DNA from: Cuniculiplasma divulgatum
GTDB lineage: Archaea; Thermoplasmatota; Thermoplasmata; Thermoplasmatales; Thermoplasmataceae
Direction: 5' to 3'
Assembly (NCBI RefSeq): GCF_900083515.1
Contig: NZ_LT671858.1
Span: 1,650,001 to 1,682,000 of the forward strand
DNA length: 32,000 bases
Shown here: piece by piece, positions 1-7,063 of the stretch
How positions within the stretch are numbered: position 1 is the first letter of the stretch
How the letters are laid out: each line of letters opens with the position of its first letter
Position numbers and translations under genes: made by a program
The notes under the pieces: generated by a model
The model's input: the letters and a program-made list of their open reading frames with translations, nothing else
The model's database searches: none
What the model was told of the DNA's origin: nothing

Positions 1-849
1 TATACCGGATTGGAAAAACATAAAGATGGCCATCATTATTGTCTGATTCCTAACATCTGGAGCAAATATTTCTTTATACTTAGATACGTGCACTGGAGCC
101 TCTATTGTATCTGTAACTGGAGGAAGAGCTGTCAATTTTGTTTCTTTTAAAACCTCAGCCTCGATTTTATCCATCTCTTTCTTTGCTTCGTCCATTTTTC
201 CGTGAGTAGAAAGCCATCTTGGAGACTCTTTCAATCTGAACCTTATTAACCAGACCACTATTCCAGAAGCTCCCATGAACCATAGTGGAATTCTGAACGA
301 GTAGTATCCAAGTCCTGCAGTCAAAGCTGTGATATATATTATAAGAGGAGCAGCTGTAACTGCTATAGTATAGATGAGAGCCAACCATGCACCTCTCCTT
401 TTCCTGACAAAGATTTCTGTTCCATAACTGTCTACCAGTGGGAATTCTCCACCCACTCCAATTCCGCCAATTAGTACAAAGACTGCAACGAGTTGCCACG
501 AATCCATGAAACCGGCTATTATCATACCAAGCCCAAAAATCAGTTGGTTATAAAGAAACACTGCTCTTCTTCCCCTGGTATCCGCCAGTCTACCAAAAAA
601 TATAGACCCCAAGAACTCTCCCACGAAGAAGAAAGCAGGCAAAGCATAGGTTGCTAATACAGAGGTGCTTGATATTGCAAAGTATGTTGCAACCAAACCA
701 AGGATTGCTCCGTTACCCAGCAGCATTAAACTCTCTGCCCACTCTCCGCTCGTCAGCATAAGAGCAAATTTCACATGAAATCTGCTATATGGCAGCCTTT
801 CCAATCTTCCGGCAATATTATTATCCGGATTCGAGTCATTTTCTACCAT
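1..849 (-). CDS. MFS transporter, sugar-porter-like family, N-terminal part (gene runs off the left edge of the window)
   Basis: Absent from the ORF track because it is open at position 1. The reverse complement of 849..1 reads 283 codons without a stop: MVENDSNPDNNIAGRLERLPYSRFHVKFALMLTSGEW...FFGRLADTRGRRAVF...GGEFPLVDSYGTEIF...LKESPRWLSTHGK... GRLADTRGRR fits MFS motif A and ESPRWL is the sugar-porter signature. Track ORF 167..499 is another frame of the same strand. Confidence 0.8.
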   Translation of the reverse strand, partial: MVENDSNPDNNIAGRLERLPYSRFHVKFALMLTSGEWAESLMLLGNGAILGLVATYFAISSTSVLATYALPAFFFVGEFLGSIFFGRLADTRGRRAVFLYNQLIFGLGMIIAGFMDSWQLVAVFVLIGGIGVGGEFPLVDSYGTEIFVRKRRGAWLALIYTIAVTAAPLIIYITALTAGLGYYSFRIPLWFMGASGIVVWLIRFRLKESPRWLSTHGKMDEAKKEMDKIEAEVLKETKLTALPPVTDTIEAPVHVSKYKEIFAPDVRNQTIMMAIFMFFQSGI

Positions 850-1153
850 GGTGAAATAAAACTTCAACTCTATATATAGTGAGATTATAACAGGTTAGGG
901 GTTGCGTGTGTCGTATATTATTGAATACTTATAAATATAGATAAAATTTTATTTTTTACCACTATATTCATAAATAGACTCACCAAAATAAATCTATGAT
1001 ACATGAACTAAAAATTTAGGCGCAACGGAATTAAATTGTTCTGTAATACATGGTAACTAAAATTTGCCTCTAATATGATAGAATATTTTTGAATTGATAA
1101 ATTTATAAGCCATTTTAGTATTTCCCATAATCTTAGAAAGGAGGATTAATTAA

Positions 1154-1543
1154 ATGGCTGGAGGAAATTCGTTGGCAATCATTGCTGACAAAAAGACTGG
1201 AAAAACATACAAGAAAGAGATTAAACCTGAGAACCTTAGTCTGCTTAATGGAAGGAGAGTAGGAGAGGAAATAGATGGGATATTTTTTGAAATGCCAGGT
1301 TATAAATTAAAGATAACTGGTGGCTCTTCAATAGACGGCTTCCCTATGAAGCCTGATCTTTTCATTCAGGGAAAGAAGAGAATACTTGTGACCTATAGTA
1401 AAGGGAATAGGGGAAAAAGTGGATTAAGGGAGAGAGTTACCTTCAGGGGAGCTATTGTGGGACCAGATATTTCTCAGTTAAACTTTATTGTTACCCAATA
1501 TGGACCAGATCCACTTGAGAAGCCTGAGGAAACCAAAGAATGA
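1154..1543 (+). CDS. rps6e: 30S ribosomal protein S6e
   Basis: 129-aa ORF with ...GFPMKPDL...GKKRILV...RGKSGLRERVTFRG..., typical of S6e. GGAGG at 1140..1144 lies 9 nt before the ATG. Its stop overlaps the aIF2-gamma ATG (ATGA), the conserved archaeal rps6e-eif2g arrangement. Confidence 0.93.
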   Translation: MAGGNSLAIIADKKTGKTYKKEIKPENLSLLNGRRVGEEIDGIFFEMPGYKLKITGGSSIDGFPMKPDLFIQGKKRILVTYSKGNRGKSGLRERVTFRGAIVGPDISQLNFIVTQYGPDPLEKPEETKE

Positions 1544-2766
1544 GCAATCAGTTGCCACAGCCTGTGGTAAATATAGGAATGGTAGGTCACGTAGATCATG
1601 GTAAGAGTACACTTACAAAGGCATTAACTGGTAAGAAAACAGATATACATTCAGAAGAGATAAAGAGAGGGATATCCATAAAGCTGGGATACGCTGATAC
1701 TCCAGTGTATATATGTGAAAATGGAGAAAAAGTTTATTCCAATAAACCAGTTAATGAAAATTGTAAACTTGAGCGTGTTATTTCTTTTGTAGATGCTCCT
1801 GGCCATGAAACTCTGATGGCGACAATGCTTTCCGGTTCGTCTATTATGGATGGTGCACTTTTAGTTGTTGCAGCCAATGAAAAATGTCCCCAGCCTCAAA
1901 CAAGAGAACATCTAACTGCACTGGAAATAATGGGAATAAAGAATATAATAATTATTCAAAACAAGATTGACCTTGTTACTAGAGAAAGAGCACTGGAGAA
2001 CTTCAGAGAAATCAAGAATTTCGTCAAAGGCAGTGTTGCTGAAAATGCGCCCATAATACCGGTGAGTGCTTATCATAACAAGAATATAGACAAGGTTTTT
2101 GAGGCAATTGAGGAATATATCCCAACACCAAAGAAGAGAAAAGATCTTGATCCAATTATGTATGTGGCCAGGTCATTCGATATAAACAAGCCTGGACTTA
2201 TGCCTTCAGAATTAAAGGGAGGTGTTCTTGGAGGGTCACTTGTTCAGGGGACACTGAAGATTGGTGATGAGATAGAGATAGCACCTGGGATTCAACAAAC
2301 CAAAGGAAACAAAAATGTATGGGAAAATATATTTTCAGAAGTTTCATCTCTCATGGCTGGTTCAAGCTCTTATAATGAAATTATACCTGGTGGTCTCTCC
2401 GCAGTTGGGACATACCTTGATCCATTTTTGACTAAGAATGATTCCCTTACGGGGAGGATTCTTGGAAAAGCTGGAAAGGTTCCAGCAGTTGCTACGTTCA
2501 TAGTGGCTGAGTCTCATCTTTTGAACAGGGTTGTTGGATTTGATGAGGAAATGAAGGTTGAACCAATCAAAACAAGGGAAAGCGTGATGCTTACCTTTGG
2601 TACTTCAAATACCATAGGAATGATTTCCAATGCAAAAGAAAATGAAATAGAGATAATGCTTAGATATCCAGTAGCAGTTCAGCAAGACGAAAGAATATCC
2701 ATTGGAAGAAGGATCGCAAACAGGTGGAGACTTATAGGTTACGGTTCAGTCAAATCCTTTTCATAA
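1540..2766 (+). CDS. eif2g: Translation initiation factor aIF2 gamma subunit (GTPase)
   Basis: 408 aa with G1 GHVDHGKST, G3 DAPGHE and G4 QNKID, and a C-terminus ...RWRLIGYG characteristic of aIF2-gamma. Confidence 0.95.
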   Translation: MSNQLPQPVVNIGMVGHVDHGKSTLTKALTGKKTDIHSEEIKRGISIKLGYADTPVYICENGEKVYSNKPVNENCKLERVISFVDAPGHETLMATMLSGSSIMDGALLVVAANEKCPQPQTREHLTALEIMGIKNIIIIQNKIDLVTRERALENFREIKNFVKGSVAENAPIIPVSAYHNKNIDKVFEAIEEYIPTPKKRKDLDPIMYVARSFDINKPGLMPSELKGGVLGGSLVQGTLKIGDEIEIAPGIQQTKGNKNVWENIFSEVSSLMAGSSSYNEIIPGGLSAVGTYLDPFLTKNDSLTGRILGKAGKVPAVATFIVAESHLLNRVVGFDEEMKVEPIKTRESVMLTFGTSNTIGMISNAKENEIEIMLRYPVAVQQDERISIGRRIANRWRLIGYGSVKSFS

Positions 2767-3392
2767 TTACAGTTCTGCCTGAGAAAACAGATTTCACAGA
2801 GTGGTTTTGATTTACATATTTCTTTGCTTATTTCAACTATTTCCCCGTGAAAATTTTTGAGATCCTCAAGATCCATATTCCGCTGGATTTCAACACCCAT
2901 GGAATAGGCATTATTCATTCCTGGTTCAATGAGTCCTAATCTGGAGAAAAACCTTTCAGTGTATTTATCTACAACGAACACTTTTCTGTTGAATGCGTAA
3001 ATCATTATGTCCTGCATCGTTTCAATACCAATCCCCTTAGTGTTTAAGAGAAAATCCTCGATATCACTATCTTTCATTTGATCAATCTTCTCAATGCCAC
3101 CCAATTCCTGAATTCTAGTGCATATTTCCTTAAGATAGACAGATTTCTGGTTAAAGAAACCTGCAGGTCTTATCATTTCTTTCAGATCCTCCTGATCCAC
3201 ATTGGTAATTTCTGGTATAGTGTCAATTTTCTTTTCTTTTAGATTTTTCAGAGCTGCCTCAACATTTTTCCATGATGTATTCTGCGTTAATATCGCACCG
3301 ATTATTATCTGATCTCTTGTTTCCGATGGCCACCATCCAAGGTTTCCATATTTTTCCTTTAATATTTTATGTAATTCAGAATAATTCAACAT
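2739..3392 (-). CDS. Endonuclease III-related HhH-GPD DNA glycosylase family protein with a C-terminal Fe-S Cys cluster
   Basis: 217 aa. N-terminal GNLGWWPSETRDQIIIGAILTQNTSWKNV is typical of the EndoIII-related family, and there is a helix-hairpin-helix region LLNTKGIGIETMQ. The C-terminal CKSKPLCEICFLRQNC is a C-x5-C-x2-C-x5-C 4Fe-4S-loop-like motif. The 3' end overlaps the aIF2-gamma 3' end by 28 nt (convergent). Confidence 0.85.
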   Translation of the reverse strand: MLNYSELHKILKEKYGNLGWWPSETRDQIIIGAILTQNTSWKNVEAALKNLKEKKIDTIPEITNVDQEDLKEMIRPAGFFNQKSVYLKEICTRIQELGGIEKIDQMKDSDIEDFLLNTKGIGIETMQDIMIYAFNRKVFVVDKYTERFFSRLGLIEPGMNNAYSMGVEIQRNMDLEDLKNFHGEIVEISKEICKSKPLCEICFLRQNCNYEKDLTEP

Positions 3393-3797
3393 ATCATGAT
3401 GATTTCTTAATAGGTAAGAATTACCATTTTAATTGTGTCCAAAAATCAATAAAATATAAGAAAAAGATTTCGCATTGTTATTCCTTCCATAGGTTTTTGA
3501 TCTCCATTTTGAAGGATATTGTCAGGTTTTAATTTACACCCAATCTAACATATTACTCAACTTTTTTTATCCCCGTTGATCCAATATTCGTGACATCCGG
3601 GTTCCTGAATACTTTATTCATAAATATGGAAAATAATCAGTAAAAATCATTAAAATTTAAGTTTGTCCGATGGAGTAAGACAAATTATTATTTTAATAAA
3701 AATAATAGTATATCCCGTATATGGCATTTTTACTATGTTTACTAAAAAAGGAATAAAAATATTTTAATACTAGTATGTGTATTAAGTATTGGTAAAA

Positions 3798-4070
3798 ATG
3801 GTAGGCATAAGCGAATTGTCGAAGGAGGTTTCTAAAAAAACCGGACAGACACAGAAAGTTGCCAGAGAGGTCATTAAGGTCTTTCTGGACGAAGTTGTAG
3901 CTGAGGCAAACAGGAAGCAGAAAATAAACCTGGCAGGCTTTGGAATTTTCGAAAGAAAGACACAGAAGCCCAGGACTGCTAAGAACCCGCAAACAAGAAA
4001 GGAGATAAAAGTCCCACAGAAAGAAAAGTTTGTTTTCAGACCATCAAGCAAAATAAAATACAAGAACTGA
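3798..4070 (+). CDS. hta: HU-family DNA-binding protein (Thermoplasma HTa-type chromatin protein)
   Basis: MVGISELSKEVSKKTGQTQKVAREVIKVFLDEVV...INLAGFGIFERKTQKPRTAKNPQTRKEIKVPQKEKFVFRPSSKIK is the HU/IHF fold signature and closely resembles Thermoplasma HTa as I recall it. The track start at 3789 is a TTG; the ATG at 3798 gives the canonical MVGISEL N-terminus. Confidence 0.92.
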   Translation: MVGISELSKEVSKKTGQTQKVAREVIKVFLDEVVAEANRKQKINLAGFGIFERKTQKPRTAKNPQTRKEIKVPQKEKFVFRPSSKIKYKN

Positions 4071-4077
4071 GTTCAAA

Positions 4078-4092
4078 TTTTTTTTTATTTTT
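4078..4092 (+). terminator. Oligo-T tract (T9-A-T5) directly after the HTa stop; candidate archaeal intrinsic terminator
   Basis: tttttttttattttt starts 8 nt after the TGA of hta. Archaeal RNA polymerase terminates at oligo-T runs. Confidence 0.45.
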
Positions 4093-4381
4093 AAAGTTTA
4101 GAAAATCTTTTTTTCCTTTCTTTAGAATCAAAGCCCGTTAGTTCCAGTAGTAGATTGTTGAATATTTTTATAGAATTCATTGGCTCTTTATAGGTTTCAT
4201 CTGTTTCGGTTGAGATGAAAAGATTCTTCTTGCCGCATTCAACATCCACTTTCTTAAGACCTGGTAAAGTGAATGTGATTATTTCCCCATTTGCCTTTGC
4301 GTCCTTTGCAAATTTTCCAACTTTCTCCAGTACTGTGCTTACGTCAGTTTTGTATCCTTTTTTAACCGGGTATTCCCTCAT
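4091..4381 (-). CDS. Hypothetical 96-aa soluble protein, translationally coupled to the upstream TIM-barrel gene
   Basis: Its ATG overlaps the stop of the 345-aa gene (ATGA at 4378..4381). The sequence is Lys/Glu-rich with no motif I recognise. Confidence 0.6.
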   Translation of the reverse strand: MREYPVKKGYKTDVSTVLEKVGKFAKDAKANGEIITFTLPGLKKVDVECGKKNLFISTETDETYKEPMNSIKIFNNLLLELTGFDSKERKKRFSKL

Positions 4382-5415
4382 TTTTCCTTACCTCTCTCCT
4401 TTTTTCTCTGCAGATGCCTTGCAAAATTCCTTGCATATATAACTTCCATATACTGAGCATCGTGTTCCAGCAATGGCGAACATGAAATTAGTGTGAGATC
4501 ATCCTGATAATCCATCAGCACCTCAGACATTGTTTCAAACTTCAGATCACCGTGTTTGATGGCCGTTAGCTTTGTTTCTGTTGAACCGCTGTAATCAACA
4601 CCTGCAAACTCAATATACAGGTCACCCTTGGAATGAGCTTTGAACTTATTTATTACTTCTGTAAAATCCTTTGCCTGTATCAGGCTCCCATTTGTTCTTG
4701 CATGATAATGAGGCATATTCAGGATTGGCTCAACAGATGGGACCTTCTTTGCTATGGAAAACAACTCTTCAGCTGAACCAAATATTTCTGGTTTTCCAGA
4801 TGTTTCAACTCCAATGTATGGAAAGCCATGGTCAGTGCCCATTTCTTTATCGATTGATGAATATATCTCAATTGCCCTTTTGAGACTCCCTTTTTTTGTC
4901 TCGTTGTAGAAACCAGTATGAGTAACAACTCTCTTGGCACCCATGGCTTTTCCTATAATAAGAGACCACTTAAGGTGATTTATTGATCTCTCTGAAATAT
5001 CCTCATCGTTTGATAAGGTCTTTGTCGTTAACATATCCATATAATATGGACTGTGGAGTGAAAGCAAGACATCAAGCTCTCTGGCAAGATCTCCCCCCAT
5101 CTTGAGTTCATCATAGTTTTTTGCCATGTTCCAGAACAGTTCTTCCACAATATCGTCTTCCTGAATTACTGTGTCAGTTCCTATACTTGAATATATACCC
5201 TCTTCGTTTGGTCTTAGAACGTCAATTATTATGGAATTTTCGTTATCTTTTGGTAACATTCCCGCGTATTCAATACCCTGATTTTCCTGAACATTTACCC
5301 TGAGTAGCTGCACTTCCAGCGCCTTTAGCCCCAACTTATAAATTTCCTCAACGGAGTCGACAAATGTTCTTCCCTTGCTGGTAAGTGGTATCCCAGCTAT
5401 ACCATATCTTATCAT
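4378..5415 (-). CDS. Xylose isomerase-like / AP endonuclease family 2 (endonuclease IV-like) TIM-barrel protein
   Basis: 345 aa. MIRYGIAGIP...GLKALEVQL...LSLHSPYYMDM...AKRVVTHTGF...IGVETSG...ILNMPHYHAR follows the beta-strand/His-Glu pattern of the Endo IV/xylose-isomerase-like fold, with an acidic insertion of about 60 aa after strand 1. Family-level call only. Confidence 0.6.
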   Translation of the reverse strand: MIRYGIAGIPLTSKGRTFVDSVEEIYKLGLKALEVQLLRVNVQENQGIEYAGMLPKDNENSIIIDVLRPNEEGIYSSIGTDTVIQEDDIVEELFWNMAKNYDELKMGGDLARELDVLLSLHSPYYMDMLTTKTLSNDEDISERSINHLKWSLIIGKAMGAKRVVTHTGFYNETKKGSLKRAIEIYSSIDKEMGTDHGFPYIGVETSGKPEIFGSAEELFSIAKKVPSVEPILNMPHYHARTNGSLIQAKDFTEVINKFKAHSKGDLYIEFAGVDYSGSTETKLTAIKHGDLKFETMSEVLMDYQDDLTLISCSPLLEHDAQYMEVIYARNFARHLQRKKERGKEK

Positions 5416-5629
5416 AAACTCTTAGTATATTGAACACACCAATTTATTAGTTTTTATTTTCCACAGACACAACAGTTCATTACTGAAAATTGAAAATACC
5501 CATTTTTGCAGTCGCATAATAATTGAAGTTATACTTTTCAATAACTATAAAATTAAATCGATTCTTCTCTTTATATGAGAATAAATTAAATATTAACATG
5601 CAATCAATTCTTAATGGATGTAGATTGGG

Positions 5630-5644
5630 ATAAATTAAATATTA
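5630..5644 (+). promoter_or_regulatory. TATA-like box ATAAATTAAATATTA upstream of dnaG (second of two identical copies)
   Basis: Centred about 44 nt before the dnaG ATG (5681). An AAGGTG Shine-Dalgarno-like element at 5669..5674 lies 6 nt before the ATG. An identical 15-mer occurs at 5581..5595. Confidence 0.3.
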
Positions 5645-5680
5645 GCCATATTCTACCCATAAATAACAAAGGTGTACTTA

Positions 5681-7060
5681 ATGAATGTAGATCCAAATAT
5701 CACAAAATATCTGATAAAAGCAAAAATTTCTGCCGATGGGGTGGTTGAAAAACCCGATGTTGTTGGGGCCATATTTGGCCAGACAGAGGGTCTTCTTGGT
5801 GAAGAACTTGATCTTAGAGATCTCCAGAAAGGAGGAAAGATTGGAAGGATAGAGGTTGAGATTGACAGTAAAAAGGGAAGAACAGAGGGCTTTGCTCTAA
5901 TACCATCTGGTTTAGATCAGGTAGAAAGTTCTATCCTGGCTGCTTCTCTTGAAACAATAGACAGAATTGGACCCTGTAAGGCGAAGGTAGAAATTGAAAG
6001 CGTTGAAGATGTAAGACAGGAACGCAGAAAGAAAATTGTAGAAAGGGCAGAACAGTTATACAAAAAAATGAGTGAGTCTGGAAAGACTGTTAGTGAAAGT
6101 ATAATTTCAACCGTAAGAGAAGAAGTTGAGAGGGGAGAGATTATATCCTACGGAGAGGAAAAATTACCTGCAGGTCCAGCTATAAGAGATTCTGATTCAA
6201 TCATAGTGGTGGAGGGAAGAAACGATGTCCTTAACCTGCTAAAGTACGGTATAAAAAATACAATAGCAGTACAGGGAACAAACATTCCAAGAGCTGTTCA
6301 GAAGCTTTCAACTGAGAGAACTGTAACGGTATTTCTTGATGGCGATAGAGGAGGAGACCTCATACTGAAAGAAATGCTTCAGGTTGCAGAAGTTGATTTC
6401 GTTGCCAGAGCACCACCAGGAACTGAAGTTGAGGAACTGAGCTACAAGCAGATTGTCAAGGCACTGAGATATAAGACTCCCACAGAGCAGTATCTTTCAA
6501 TGAGAGGGATGAATGACGAGCTCAAGAGCTTTAATGAGAAGAATGACAAGGACGCGAACAAGGAAAAACACGAGCCAGAACATGTTAAAAACGACCAGAA
6601 ACTGCATGATCATGAAAGACATGAACAGAAGAAGCCAGATCATAAAGAGCAGGAAAATGAGCCAAAACATGAAAAACAGGAGCATCATCAGAGAGAAATC
6701 CATGTAATAGAGGAAAAGAAAGAGCGACAGCCTGAACCCGATGAGGTCAAAAAGACCAATAAGTTTTCCATAATGGATCCAAACAGTGTAAGAAGAAGAA
6801 TAACAGAGCTTCTGGAGAAAAAGGAAACTCAGGTCGTTGATGAAAAGGGAGAGCCCATGGAAAGCTTCAATCTGGCAGAGGCACCAGATAAAATTTCAGA
6901 AATGGAAAAGGTAGAGTATGTTATGACTGGAGGTGTTATTTCCCAGCGGCTTGTGGATATCTGTCACAAAAAAGGTGTTAAGATAATCTATGGCGTAAAA
7001 AAAGGGAATATCACCAAGAAACCAGAAAATATGAGAGTAGTACCAATAGAAGAGGCGTAG
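5681..7060 (+). CDS. dnaG: Archaeal DnaG-type primase/Toprim protein (exosome-associated DnaG) with a His/Glu/Lys-rich insertion
   Basis: N-terminal [31 protein letters not shown]...GRIEV is the archaeal DnaG N-domain. Toprim motifs are [13 protein letters not shown] and [12 protein letters not shown]. The track start at 5672 is a GTG; the ATG at 5681 has the SD-like AAGGTG upstream. Confidence 0.92.
   Translation: MNVDPNITKYLIKAKISADGVVEKPDVVGAIFGQTEGLLGEELDLRDLQKGGKIGRIEVEIDSKKGRTEGFALIPSGLDQVESSILAASLETIDRIGPCKAKVEIESVEDVRQERRKKIVERAEQLYKKMSESGKTVSESIISTVREEVERGEIISYGEEKLPAGPAIRDSDSIIVVEGRNDVLNLLKYGIKNTIAVQGTNIPRAVQKLSTERTVTVFLDGDRGGDLILKEMLQVAEVDFVARAPPGTEVEELSYKQIVKALRYKTPTEQYLSMRGMNDELKSFNEKNDKDANKEKHEPEHVKNDQKLHDHERHEQKKPDHKEQENEPKHEKQEHHQREIHVIEEKKERQPEPDEVKKTNKFSIMDPNSVRRRITELLEKKETQVVDEKGEPMESFNLAEAPDKISEMEKVEYVMTGGVISQRLVDICHKKGVKIIYGVKKGNITKKPENMRVVPIEEA
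6533..6754 (+). repeat. Low-complexity His/Glu/Lys/Gln-rich coding insert within dnaG, with imperfect internal repeats
   Basis: Encodes [75 protein letters not shown] count 10 His in the 45 residues H300-H344 of the track numbering. DNA-level near-repeats are present, for example GAGCCAGAACATG and GAGCCAAAACATG. Confidence 0.85.
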
Positions 7061-7063
7061 ATT

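Noticed and set aside
167-499. 110-aa track ORF on the minus strand
   Set aside because: It lies in a different frame inside the much longer, stop-free MFS transporter reading frame (849..1), which carries clear MFS/sugar-porter motifs. The 110-aa product is Cys/Trp/Arg-rich nonsense.
2739-2766. 28-nt convergent 3' overlap of aIF2-gamma and the EndoIII-related gene (and the 18-nt tatC/crotonase overlap at 12006..12023)
   Set aside because: Both partners have complete, family-typical C-termini. Short convergent overlaps are common in compact archaeal genomes, and I see no evidence of frameshift or regulatory meaning.
3397-3403. ATGATGA resembling a C-box of a C/D-box sRNA in the long spacer
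   Set aside because: No CTGA D-box at a suitable distance (50-70 nt) and no terminal complementary stem. The motif abuts the start codon region of the EndoIII-related gene.
3572-3612. Slightly GC-richer patch (ccccgttgatcc...ccgggttcc) as a possible structured RNA or tRNA fragment
   Set aside because: Only a 4-bp potential stem with a 24-nt loop. It is far too short and lacks tRNA arm features.
6497-6707. Two overlapping 64-68-aa ORFs (+ and -) in the middle of dnaG
   Set aside because: They arise from the low-complexity His/Glu/Lys repeat region, where purine-rich repeats keep alternative frames open. They are nested in the continuous dnaG frame.
7058-7060. In-frame TAG between dnaG and the LonB-like ORF as a possible pyrrolysine (amber-decoding) site
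   Set aside because: Nothing in the window suggests a Pyl-using methanogen. The gene set is aerobic and Thermoplasmatales-like (HTa, Nuo, ACAD, Prx). Other genes here also end in TAG (nuoL, the 241-aa ORF), and an SD-like GAGG plus TTG/GTG starts explain separate translation. It is kept only as a low-interest read-through note.
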